A stretch of DNA of 64,000 bases from Lingula anatina (taxonomy: Eukaryota; Animalia; Brachiopoda): positions 40,492,401 through 40,556,400 of the forward strand of contig CM120641.1 in the NCBI GenBank assembly GCA_051362555.1, in the 5' to 3' direction. This document shows, in pieces, positions 25,585-38,200 of the stretch; the first letter of the stretch is position 1; the number at the start of each line of letters is the position of its first letter. The notes under the pieces are model-generated. The model saw only the letters and a list, made by a program, of their open reading frames with translations, had not been told where the DNA came from and ran no database searches. Both the position numbers and the translations under genes were made by a program.

Positions 25585-28262
25585 ATGGGAGCCAGGATGT
25601 CATGTGTAAAGAAAGACAAAAATATCAAAAACACCAACAAAGTTAGCATAGAGCCGAATGGTGGGATTTACCATGAAAAACAGATAAAGGAGATGTGTGC
25701 ACTGCATGCATTGAATAACTTGTTCCAAGATAAAAAGGCTTTTACAAAGCAGTCTCTGGATGATATTTGTACCAGGTAAATTGAATTAAATAATTTAAAG
25801 TTAATGTACTCATCACACGTTTTCAACCCCCCCCCCCCCCCCCCATAGTCATTTGTATAATATTTTTATAATTTCTTCTTATACTAGTAATTTCAAATTC
25901 AGACCTTAAAGGTGATAAAACCCTTTAAATAAAACATGAAAACAACATCTGTAATATACACGGGACAGAATCACAATAAAAAACACCTCACCTGGTGAAA
26001 ACCAGAGATGGCAGATGTCAGTCTATTTGACTGGCCACTCATTTAAAACTTTAGTATTACATTGAAAATGGAAGAAGACAGACCCCAGCGCAGGGATGGG
26101 TCAAGTAATAATTTGTGAGTACGAGACATTTGCTCTATACCCTAGGAAATTTCATTTTGGTATAAGGAACTCTCATGGAGGGCACCTTTAATTTCCCTTT
26201 TTTTTTTACACTTCATTGTATCAGTTTTTTTAAAGAAGGAATATGAACTTTAGCTGTCAACTGCTTTTTGACAAGTACATGTCTTAGTCACCCTCTTCAG
26301 AAATGAAAATATTGAAAGTACTGTACTCGCAAGGGTTGCTACAGTGGTTTAACTTTATCCTAAATGTGTTTTGTGCATTTCAGATAATGAATACCATTTT
26401 GTCATATGTTTCTTTGTTGTTTATGATATGATATGATGAAGAATTATATGCTATGAAATATAATGTAGATCTTAACAAGATATTTGCATTATTAATTAGT
26501 AGGCCATCATTTTAACATGGGCCACACCATGTTTACTTACAAGTTTTTTATTGTTAGCTTTGATGTTATAAAATGTTTTAAAAGAAGCACTGGTCCCAGT
26601 ATCCCTGGTTATATACACTTGATTGTAAAATGAAAATTTAATTTTACTGGTATTTAGTCTTTAGAAGTAAATTAAATTTACAATACTATTGTGTAAAAAA
26701 ATTAAAATTAAGTTCTCAGTATTAGAAATTTTGTAATGCAAGGAGAAGATGCCTCTCTTGTAAGAAGACATACTTAAATGCACAAACACATTAAATTATG
26801 TCATTATTTTTTAGTGTTTCTCGAACTTTACTGTAGTCTCTTGTGGTATACTGAAGTATGATTTCTGTTCCTGAAAACATGCAATCTTTTCATTAACTGT
26901 AAATACAGCATTTGTAGCAAGCCAGATGTCATGGGGCTTCTAAGTTTTATATTGATCATTTTAACTACCAGTAGAATATTATTCTTTTTCTCTTTCACAG
27001 ATTATCATCGTTTGTTTTCATTCACCCATTATTTAATATTGTTCATTCATGTGTATATTCAATGTGGTATCTATATAGATATTTAGCAATTTGTTTTGCA
27101 ATCCATTCACTCCATAGTGAATTTCAGCCATAACCTGGATTTCATATTTTATTTGATGTCAAATATGCCACTTTTATTCATATAATCTATTCGTGTTTGT
27201 GTTTTCTCTTTGCAGGCTCTCCCCAGGGTATTTCTTGAATCCTCACAAGAGTGTGCTTGGCTTTGGCAACTATGATGTAAATGTAATCATGGCAGCTATA
27301 CAAACCAAGAACTGTGAAACCATATGGTTTGATAAGAGGAAGTAAGTGATGCTGCAGACTGAGTGCTGTGGTCATGTTACTTTTTTTGTGTGTGTGCTAA
27401 GGCTAATATTTCAGTAAAAAAGAAATGGTATTTTGTCTGCTTTGATGTAAAATATAGCCTGCATTCCTAAATGATTTTAGATTGTAATGTCTATATATTC
27501 AGTCCAGGTGCTGTATTGGATAACCTGCATTTGCTATTTACACATCTGTTTTGTGGGTTATGAATAACCTAATGCCAGGGTGCAAAGGTTGGCATTTTGT
27601 CTGACAGTATGTCATTTTTCCATGTTAACCAGGTGTACAGGTGTATGTGTGCATGTAACTCCCTGGTTGAACAAACTACCTGAGCAAAATATGTAATTTG
27701 GTGGGTCATAATATAAAAAAAAAAAGAGTGTAACCGAATGCAAAGAATAACCTTATTTGTTTGTGATTCCAGAGATATAGGCAGTTTAAACTTTGACAAA
27801 ATATTAGGGTTTATTCTGAACATCCCAACAGACTACAAATGGGGGTTTCTCAGACTCCCCATCCACAGAAAACACTGGATAAGTATGAGAAAAATTGGTG
27901 AGGTATATTACAATTTGGATTCCAAGCTTGATGCCCCAGAGGTTATTGGAACCTCGCTGGATTTACAGACTTACCTGAAGGAACAGATGGAGAGTAAAGA
28001 TAAAGAACTACTACTAGTTGTTACCAGTGATGTTGACAGGGAAGAAAGTTGGAGAATGCCAGAAATACCAAAGGGACAAGAAAAATCAGAGGAAATGAAT
28101 GCAAATGACACTGATGCAAATTCAAACAGGGAGAAATGTACAGTTGGAAGTGGTGATGAGAGTCAGTGTACTGATATTGTGACTCAGCAGGGAGATAAAG
28201 GTGATGTGTTGAATGATCAAAGTACTGTGAATGAAAATGGTGTTCTTTTTAAATATGTCTGA
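25585..28262 (+). CDS. JOSD1: Josephin-domain deubiquitinase (JOSD1/2 family), 3 coding exons, 268 aa
   Basis: Exons 25585-25775, 27216-27341, 27773-28262 (807 nt). Motifs [21 protein letters not shown] (catalytic Cys), [14 protein letters not shown] (His), YYNLDSKL (Asp). Confidence 0.9.
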
Positions 28263-29011
28263 TTGTTTTGCTTGATCTTCACAAAAGAAGAACCACCCAT
28301 TTTCAACATCATCATCATCACCACTATGATAGTCATGGTAATGTTTTTTTTTTAATTGGGGGGGGGGGGGGTAATTTTTTATATATATATAGTCACATTC
28401 AAAACAGGTCTTACTTAACTCTGAAATAGTCCTATGTTAGCATGCCAAGGATGTACACATTTAGAAAGTTTGAAACCACTGGAAACACCAGTAGACTATT
28501 TCCTGTCCAAGTTAAACGTGCTGATTGCAGTTAGTTTATATAGTAAATGTGTTAGTGAATGGGAACTGTGCAATGTTAGCTGTCATTGGTAAGCATTTTG
28601 TATGTTTGCAGCCAAAGTCAGTTGTCACAATCAGCTGTCAACAGAGAGCTGACATATTTAAATGCATGCACATCTTGATTAATTTAGTGAAAAACACAGT
28701 TATGAAATTACAATATACCTCTTTATCAAAGTTAATATCTATGAAATTTATTAAACAACATTGCTACAAAAATCTGGCAAAAAATTGTCTGATGCCTCAG
28801 ACATACACTAAAAGTTCTGATAATGAATGTTTGTTACTGTGCTGATGTTTATATATAAGAAATGTGCACTTATTACAATGTATTATTCATGATAAAACAA
28901 CAACCAAATACTTTTTAACTGTGTCAGTAAAAATTTCTTTTAAAAAATGGTAGCTTTTTGTAAACTTTTAACAGGAAAATGTCAAATACATTGTATCCAT
29001 TAGTTTTACTT

Positions 29012-29079
29012 AGTGAACATAATGAAATACCTTTTATTTGAGGACAGTGAACATAATGAAATACATTTTATTTGAGGAC
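29012..29079. repeat. Direct tandem duplication, 34 bp x2
   Basis: AGTGAACATAATGAAATAC(C/A)TTTTATTTGAGGAC at 29012-29045 and 29046-29079, one mismatch. Confidence 0.9.
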
Positions 29080-29849
29080 TCATGTGTATGTAGTAGCTGA
29101 AGCTTAATTTTATGTATATTTGTCAGCCACTGCATATAATATATGTATTTATTAATGCAACAAAGTATTTTTACATTTAATAATATGTTTAAGCATTAGG
29201 GAAAGTGGCACATACCATATACTTGCAATGCATCAAGTTCGGATACATGTATAAACTGATGTTTGTATCACAGTGTAATCAGTCTCTGTGTAGTTATGTA
29301 CTTAGGCTTATTAATACAAAATTAGTAATATTTACTGGCAATATGTTCCTAAGTATTTTATATGAGCAGTGCATGTATGCTAGCTGCATATGGTTACATT
29401 TTCAGTACAGCTTAGAAATGGCAAATTGTCTCATTTCTCTGTGATACACAAACCAAACAAATAAAAATTTTTGAAAGTGCTCATTTTCTCTTACATGTTC
29501 ATTTTTCTCCCTTGAATTACTAAGCAATGCTTTGTTGATTAAACTGTTATGAAACCAGCATTGTGGTCAGATTTGGTCAGAATTTAACCCAACTCCTCTT
29601 TGATTTTTACAGCCTCAAAGAGCCTTTGTGAGTCACAATTTGATAAAGATTACATGTTCAGAATTCTAGCATTCTTTGCACAGTCCAATCCATCTCAATT
29701 TCAGAGATGAAACTTCCATAAGAGTGAAAAAGTCTGAAAATATGGCGCAAGTCCAGGGGGCGCCCTGCATAGATCTCAAAAAATAATATTTTTGGCTCCC
29801 AAAAAGTCGAAAATCTGCTGATAGAAAATTCTTATTACTGCAATTTGAA

Positions 29850-30061
29850 GGTAACATGCCGATAAGTCCCCGCACTGATGCTCCCCCGCACCAGTACATT
29901 CCCGCACCAATTATTCCCCGCACCGATACTACCCCACAATTACAGATATAATGAAGGGAAGTATCGGTGTGGGGATCTATCGGTTTGGGGTGGAATCGAT
30001 GCGCATAATACAAAAAATTACTAAGGGGGATTATCAGTGCGGGGGAATATCGACATAACCC
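29850..30061. mobile_element. Mutator-like (foldback-type) MITE, 212 bp, 9-bp TSD
   Basis: Flanked by direct repeat CAATTTGAA (29841-29849 and 30062-30070). Long imperfect inverted arms are built from ~20-bp subrepeats (CCCCGCACYGAT / ATCRGTGYGGGG); GC-rich against the background. Confidence 0.75.
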
Positions 30062-30953
30062 CAATTTGAACACAGGGCCTAGGTCTCAGCTTCTATTACA
30101 ATACTGATAGATAAAAAAGTTGCTGGATAGGTAATATAAGATTCTTGAAATACCTTTGAGAATGAAACATTATAAGAGTTTTTTCTTTGGGGGTTAAGTA
30201 TTATTTTCCGTGTGGTTTTAAACTTATGATTTTGGGCAAAACCAAATAAAGTTCCAGAGTACAGGTAAAAAGAACATATTTAGTCCTTCTTGCTCAGATT
30301 TTAAAGAAATTACTTTGACATGGATTATATATTTATCAAAGCATGCTCTTAATCACAAATTTTAGCAACTGGTAGATCAATATTTTTGAATGTACATCTG
30401 CATGATTAATGATTATCTTGGATGCCAAGAGTTCTGGAAGTGCTTCCAGGTAAAAAGATCAGTGATTCTTATTACTTGATCAATTTTATTTACAAAATAG
30501 GTTGTAGGCTACACCAGTATTATCAAATATAACAGTGCTAGCTAACAAACAAACAAAAAAACATTGAGAGTAATAAAGCCATACCATGTTTAACTGCAAA
30601 CAGTTTCAACTTATTTAAAACTAGAAAGATAACTTGTACAGAGTATACAGCAATTGGCTAAGTATATTAGAAAAACTGATTAAAATCTCTAAAAGGAATG
30701 CTTAACATCATCTACATTATAAAATGGTCTTTAAGAAGACAGGAGAAAATCTGACAAAATTGTATCAAATTAAAATCTCCATTGGCAATAATTTCTGATA
30801 TATTGAAGAAATACTTCTGTTGAAAGACAGACACTTGAAATATCAACTTGTGGAATAGGAAAGACTCCAATTCTATTTAAAATCCTCAAGTCAAGTATTG
30901 TATATAATTGCCAATACCATTTCAATTTCAGCCTGATGTACCTTCTGAAGTCA

Positions 30954-31174
30954 AGCCCCCTTTACACTGGGCGGCTTCCTTTCTGTGTCTCGTAGAACGG
31001 CCCAGTTTGAGAGTAGAAAAAAATAATACATCACGTGCCGACATATGGCCGCTCATTGAGCATTCATTCTGCAACCAAAGCATTGTTTGTACCTACTTTC
31101 TACGACCACAGCGGTGCCATTTTCATTGTCGCACAAAGAAAGCAGAAAGGAGGCCATCTAGTGTATAGGGAGTT
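30954..31174. mobile_element. Degenerate TIR element (Harbinger-like MITE)
   Basis: Left AGCCCCCTTTACACTGGGCGGCTTCCTTTCTG versus reverse complement of right end AACTCCCTATACACTAGATGGCCTCCTTTCTG. TSD is degenerate (TCA/TTA). Confidence 0.6.
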
Positions 31175-32231
31175 TTAGCAGGTGCTCAAAACAATGTACT
31201 TTTAGGACATCAATAGGCTTTTTGCAGCTGCATGACCAGATGTTGACTAATGAATGCTGGAAAGCGAGCATTTCAGTAAACATATGAAGTCAACATCTAG
31301 TCATCTAGCTAGAAGGCCTATTCATAGTGAAATGTGGAAAAAAATGATCTGTTCTGCTGAGCATTAATTATAAGAAACTGGCCACTTTCACTGTCTTTAT
31401 CAACTTACACAAAATCTGTAGAATACTTTTCTAACATGATTAGCAAGTGGTATATAATAACAAAATATACACTACAAAATCTTACTGAATATTATAAACT
31501 CATACTCAGCACAGAAAGCATGTCGTTTCTTATTCATCACAATACGTGGACCCATGTACTGTTCCAGCATATGACACATATTAGCCACCACAGTTGACTA
31601 CAAAGCATTGTATCAATATTTTTGCAACATTCATAAAACTTATCCGTTTCCTCTGGAGTGGAAGACCCATTCAACTGTAGTGTTGTTCATGTATCTTCAG
31701 AATCATGTAAAATATTCAGAAGTTTAAAATAGCTATAAGACCCATCTGACCATAATATCATCTTAATTACTTGAGCTACAAGTAACTTCACTGGCATAAA
31801 GACAAATTGTGATTCTAATCATTTCATTCAACAAACTGAACAATAATCTTTTGCACCAATGAAATCTTTTCACCCTTGGAGCACCTTTGGCACCTTTTGA
31901 AGTCCTGATGTACATAAAATCAGAAAATAAGCATCCTGGTAAAATAGGGCCATTTCTACATCGAGTGGAACACTTAATTTGACAGGTCCAGTTTGAAAGA
32001 TTGGCAAGTAGATAGCCTGGCTATAACCTAAGAGTTTCGCATGACACCCCTGCTCTACATGGCCAATCAATTGACTGAACTAAATAGGAAACAAACTAAA
32101 AATTAAAGGGAGTAACTACATGCCAGAATCTCTCAAAGTGGACTGGTCCTAGTTAAGTATATTGCTCAAGTTGAAAAGGGCCACAATAATTGCACATATG
32201 TTAACTTTAAAATATTTAGTAATGTAATTTA

Positions 32232-35200
32232 TCACAATCCTGAATACTGTGGAGACTGTTCCTGGAGAGGAGTGGAGTTCATGGTGGGGAGACTTTTTTT
32301 ACGAGACAATCCTTTTTTCGATGGCTTCTCCGACTTGACTTGATCCCTGTAAAATGAATGAGCTGATTACTGGAAGATATTTTCCCAATTTCTTTTCAAG
32401 TAATTACAACTTTCTGCATATATTTATTGTATTTCATTCATGATAAATATGAAACTATGTTTTCAAGAATGAATGAATATTTCCTTACCCGAAGAAAGGT
32501 AAAATTTTGAGAAGGACATCCTTGCAGGCACCATTGGCAAGATCAGGATTTTGCTGTACAATGTAATTTAATACTCTTCTTAAATACAGCTGCAGTTTCT
32601 TTCTTCTTTCCTCGACAAACCTACTTCCCTACAAAGTGCAAAACAAAATCTTTGAGATGATTTCTCGACAACTGTCGAAAAATGCTAACGAAAAAGACCC
32701 CCCCCCCCAACTAAGATTTCTATTTTTGAATATCTTTCTCCCCACAATAAAAAAGAGCAATTTCCAGAAGGAAGAAAATTTACACTCTATTAAACTTGTT
32801 GATTATTGTATTTTAATCAAGTTCTGCTTAAAAAATGGCATTCAACTTAAGGTAATGCTGCAGCCAAATTTGAATTGCAACATAGTGAATTGGGTGTGAA
32901 TGACCAAATGTAAAAGCAAGCAAAATCTTAAATACTTTCACTGATCACATTAAGGTTTGTCTTACCTTATTTCCAATTGCTTTTTTTGGTGGAAATTCAA
33001 CTGTATTCAGAATAGGCATCTTCTTCTTCAGTACTTTGTGAAGTTCATTAAACTGTGCATATCTTCTGTACACATTCCACTCTTCATCTTTGATTCGAAT
33101 ATAAATCTATTAAATCAAGAAATATTTATGAATCAGTAAGATATGGATATTATCCATATATACAACTGCATCTATACAACTCCTTTCCAAAAGACCCTTT
33201 TTTATACACAAAAAAAATTCTTATTGATAAATAAAATGACATGTTTGAAATGTGCACTCAGTTACATCCTATCATAGTTCAAAGTAAACAGTTCTCACCT
33301 GATACACATGATGGATATCTGAACCTTTTCCTCTCATAAAAGCTGAAGGAATCCAGATGTTGACCAGAGGACGGTTTTGTCTTCAAATATAAAAAAAAAA
33401 TGTTATTTTATACCATGGTAAAAAAAGGACTTTGGTGAAAATGAATCAGTTACACTTCATGAATAATTCTCTGCTGAAGTCACTGAAATAGCAGCTATAC
33501 TTGAAACAAAAAAGTTATGAAAGAAGAAGAACAGAAGAAACTTACGAATCTGTGGAAACCATGCTAATGTCATCACCAGATCCTACATTTTCAAATCCAC
33601 TGTTACTCGGTAACTGCAACAAAAATTTATATCTCAATCATGCAGTAGAATTCAAAACTGTAAACATAAAGAAATATTATAAACTCACAGCAACTAAAGA
33701 ATTTGTCAAAGTTTGTAGATTCCTTGTGAGTGTGGATTTATTTTTTCTTTTTTACATTTTCAAAAAAACCAATCTCTATAAAAAAGTCAACAGTCTGGAA
33801 AAATTTTACAAACCGGTCCTCTCAGTTCTTCCAGTGCATTCTGTAATCGTTTTATTAGGATCTCTTTGCTATTCAGTTCTTTGTGCAACATTTCATTGAA
33901 TTCCATCAGTTCACCATGCATTTCTGCAACCTACATAAACATAGAACATGTACAAATATATTTTAATTTTTTGATAATTTCACCCAAAACCCAACAAATT
34001 CAAAACCCAAGTTCACACAAAAAAAATCAAGAAATATCCCAAAAAATGAAAATACCATCCTTGTAAATAGGAATAAAAACAAATGATTGTGCTTATTTTC
34101 TAAGTGTACATGTCAAAGGAATAATAAACCCATCTTGAGAGAATGACACTACCTGAACAAGTTTTCTTTCATATTCACTGGCCTCATGGCAGTAGTCAAT
34201 CTCTTCCTTCTCAGGGGGGACAACTGGCTGAGGTTCATCTAAGTGAATACCTAAATCTAAAAGTAAAAGATTTTTTAAAAAATCAAATTATGGCTGTAAT
34301 TTCTACAGAACTACACTCTACAGAACTACAATGTTGTTATTTGAAATCATTCAAGATATCACCTCTCTTGGAAACTTAATCTTCTAAAATAAAATATAAT
34401 CATAAATACATGAAAATGTGGGTTTTCAAAAAGCACTTTTGTTGTAGAAACAATCTTAAAAGTTTCTGTTCCTGGCCATCACAAAGGTTACTTACTGTCT
34501 GCGTGAGCCCCCTGTGTTCTCAACAACTGCACAGCACTCACATACTTCTTTAACTGGTGTTTTAGGAGGTCATTCTCCCTGAAAATAGACTGCATTTTAA
34601 GTTTTCTGTGACTATATCTGTACATAAACTAATATTATAATTAAAATAAAAGCATTTTCAAATATCAATATAAAAAGAAACTTGTACATGCAGCTACATG
34701 GCAAATAAACCTGTTCCAACCTGCTATCTTTTATTCGGTCACACTAAAATGTGCAATACAGTGCAACATGGTGCAATACACTAAAATAAATGACTCTGGA
34801 TGCGAGTACACAAAAGAAAATGTCATTCCCAAGAAAATAGGGTGATATAAAAGCAAAATATGGATTATTAATATTGTTAATCCAACTTCACAAATCACTA
34901 TGATTCTACAAGTATAGTAAGTCCCTTTTGTTTATGTTGACATGTCCACAGTATTCCCAAGAAGAGCCACTAGCGTTGATGAGAAAAAAATCAAAACAAA
35001 ATGAATATTAGTTTCAGCGCAATAAGTGATAAAGAAGGAGGCTCTGAGGAGTTTGCCTCAGCGAATCGGTGATTTCAATCTCAAACAGATGGTTTTAAAG
35101 TCTAAATCTTGCCTGCAACAGTTACATACCTGCCAAGAGCCTGTATCTTCTTCTGATCTGCTTCATGTTTCTGTTTATGGTCCTTCTCCATCTCTTCTAT

Positions 35201-38200
35201 CTCAAGTCTCAGTCCGACATTGGTCTCTCTTTCACTGTCATACATGGCATGCAGAGCCCTTTTAATGAAAAAATGTGTACATAACACTATGTAACACCAT
35301 TCCACTTGTCATTTAAAACCTATCCCTTCTATTTGGCAGTATGGCATACTTTTTATGATCATACCAGCAGATATATCTACTCTTTAACACATCACCCAAA
35401 TTTGCTTTTATACCTACATTCACTTAAGCCAAGAATTATTCTATAGATCCTTATTTCACTGAATGACAAAATACCATGTATATAATGATATTGCCATGAA
35501 TTCAAATGTATAATTTCAGTCACACTGACATCATTAAGTCAGGATATTTTAAATTTTTTCAAATAATAAAAGTTAAACTTACTTATTTTGTTCTTCTACC
35601 TCATCTTTTCTCACCATCATGGCAACCACTGCCTGTTTCAGTTCACCTGTTGATAAATTGACAAAAGTATTCAATTTTCAAATTTATAAGAAAAATTGTA
35701 CTGTCAAATTGAAATGTTCAGACATACTAGTAACAACATTATAAAGTCATATATTGAACTGATTTCATTATTCCAAAGAAAAAAATATAACATACCAGTT
35801 GTCATGGTTTCATGTTTTGGACTTTCAGCAACATTTCCTCCATCGCCCTCTGTCCTCTGTCCAAAGCTGAGTAACAGAAGATGAAAAAATGTAATATGTA
35901 ATACAGCAGGATGTAATAATTCTTGTACTGTCTAGCTAACATCATATGTAACATTGCTACCCCTACCCCTATTTCATTTCACTAATTGTTTTTAACTTCA
36001 GTCTATAATATGGCTCATAAAACAAATCAAAGTAAAATTGTAAGACTTGATTGATATAAAAAATAGAATAAAATAAATCAGACAAGTAACTAAGTATCAA
36101 GTTGATTTGAATAAACTATTATTTGAGATCAGTCATCCTTTTTTTAAATCTTGGTCCAAAATCCCTTATTTATAAAAAGGCACTATAAAAAATTCCCATT
36201 ACAAGAGGTCAACGTAAAACTTACTAGTCAGTAAGTCCCTTTTGTGCCATGGCAAGAGCCAAAGCTGCATGTTCTGTGTCTGGATAGTTTGGCAATGTAG
36301 TTAGGTCAGCAGATGAAGAACTTCCTGAAAACACAACAGATTTACATGAACCACTACATTACCATGTCAGTAAGTTTATTTACATCAACAAATTTTACCC
36401 AGACTTTCCAATTAAATTCTGGTTGGAAGCTGATAATTATGGATACTTAAATGTTTATATCACTCTTCACTTTTTTACTACACAGAGTATGTATAAAAGT
36501 AAACTTTACCAGATCTGGAATCTAGAGACTTGCTGTATGGTCCCAGGTTATCTACATCCACTGGCTCTCCTAGCACTGACAGAGGAGTCAGATCTGATGG
36601 AATGTCCATGCTGGAATGGGTAAAGATGACATTTCACTTGGAGCAAGTAGGCCTTTCTTATCATTCGTATGTAATGTTTACGATAACTTTTTCAAATCTT
36701 GCAAATAATAGGCACATTCTAAAGAAAACTGCAATGCTGTAAATAAAGAATTTATCTAGTAAATTTCACAAACCTAACAGCATCAGCTTCTGCAGATCCT
36801 CTGCTTGAATGAGAAGCCAGAGAAGTCGAGCTTCGTGAATGTTTAATTCTTCCACCACCAACTTCTTTTTCCACATCCCTATTAGTGTCCTTTTTAACAA
36901 CTGAATCATAAATGCTAGGTTCCTGATCCGATCCCTCAGAATCTCTGCGTTTCTTAGATTCCTTCTCATCAGTAAATTTATTTTCAGAGTCCGCTTTCTT
37001 GAAATGAACAGATGTCCTCTCTTCCACTGAGGCACATGTTAATGATATAGAATGAGAGTCAGGGTATGAACTGGACAAAGTTCCTGAGGTCTGAAATTCT
37101 ACACTTTTCATTTGTTTTGAAAGGTCACTACTTCTGCTTCTCAGATGAGACACTTTGACTGGCTTACTCTCTGTTGTGTTTGTTGTACTAGCACCATCAT
37201 CATCTTCATCAAATGACACAATAGTTGAGACTTTTTTCTTCTTCTTCTTGTCTTTTTTCTTTTCTGAAATGGGTTTTTAAATATCATGAAATACTTTATT
37301 TTTGATAAAGAATTTATATTACTCTGTAAATGTAGGCTTTAAGATAAATAATCTTTTGAGATAGTGTCTGTTTTATCAATCAGGAAATAAAACAAAACTT
37401 AAAAGCCATAACCTCAGATATATATCAAAACAAAAAAATGTGCAGTTACACCGTAAGTTCTATAAACCCTAAGAAACTCCTTGCAAAAAAATGTTATTCT
37501 ACCCGTCCCAACTTCCACATCTCCAGCCAACACTGGTTTGGGTTCATCCTGACTTGCTGACCTGAGTGGTTGAGGGGTACTGACAGGTAAAGAGGACGAC
37601 ACAGGCCGGATTTTATTCAGTTCTTCATTGTCTATATTTATTGCAAATAAAATGGATCCCAGTCCTGAAATAAACACATATTATAGGAACTGGGACAATT
37701 AAATGTTGATATTGTTAACAATGCAGCATACATTGATAAGTCCTAATACATGTATATCAATATGTTATCAGTGTCACATTACTTCAATGTCAACAAGTGG
37801 TTCATATCAGCTGTCATTGTGTGAAAGTTAATGATTCACTTCACTCAAACACCATATTGTGGTACTTCTACAAGTATAGTACATAGGTCATGAAAGTTCT
37901 GTTGAACTTATGATAACCACTACAATTCAACTTGACATTACTCAGCATCTGCAATTATTACACTAATTTACTACAAATGTCTGTCTGTTCTCCAAATTCA
38001 AATTTAACAAATGGGATATATTTCAACAAAATGATTTCAAAGCAAATATGGCATTAGCTTCAATACATATCTTTACCAAGTTGGTGATATACATGAGGGC
38101 AAAGCCATTTCAGCTAATTCCCTGTACATTTGTTACAATCTTACATATCCTTTTTAAAGACAGAAATAGTCAGGAGTAAATGGAAGTAAATAAAGCTATG

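Noticed and set aside
29666-30073. 135-aa minus-strand ORF
   Set aside because: Runs through the GC-rich Mutator-like MITE; no recognisable protein motifs.
35026-35075. Hairpin CTGAGG-AGTTTG-CCTCAG in an SNX29 intron
   Set aside because: May be a HINE-type terminus, but no matching opposite end was found.
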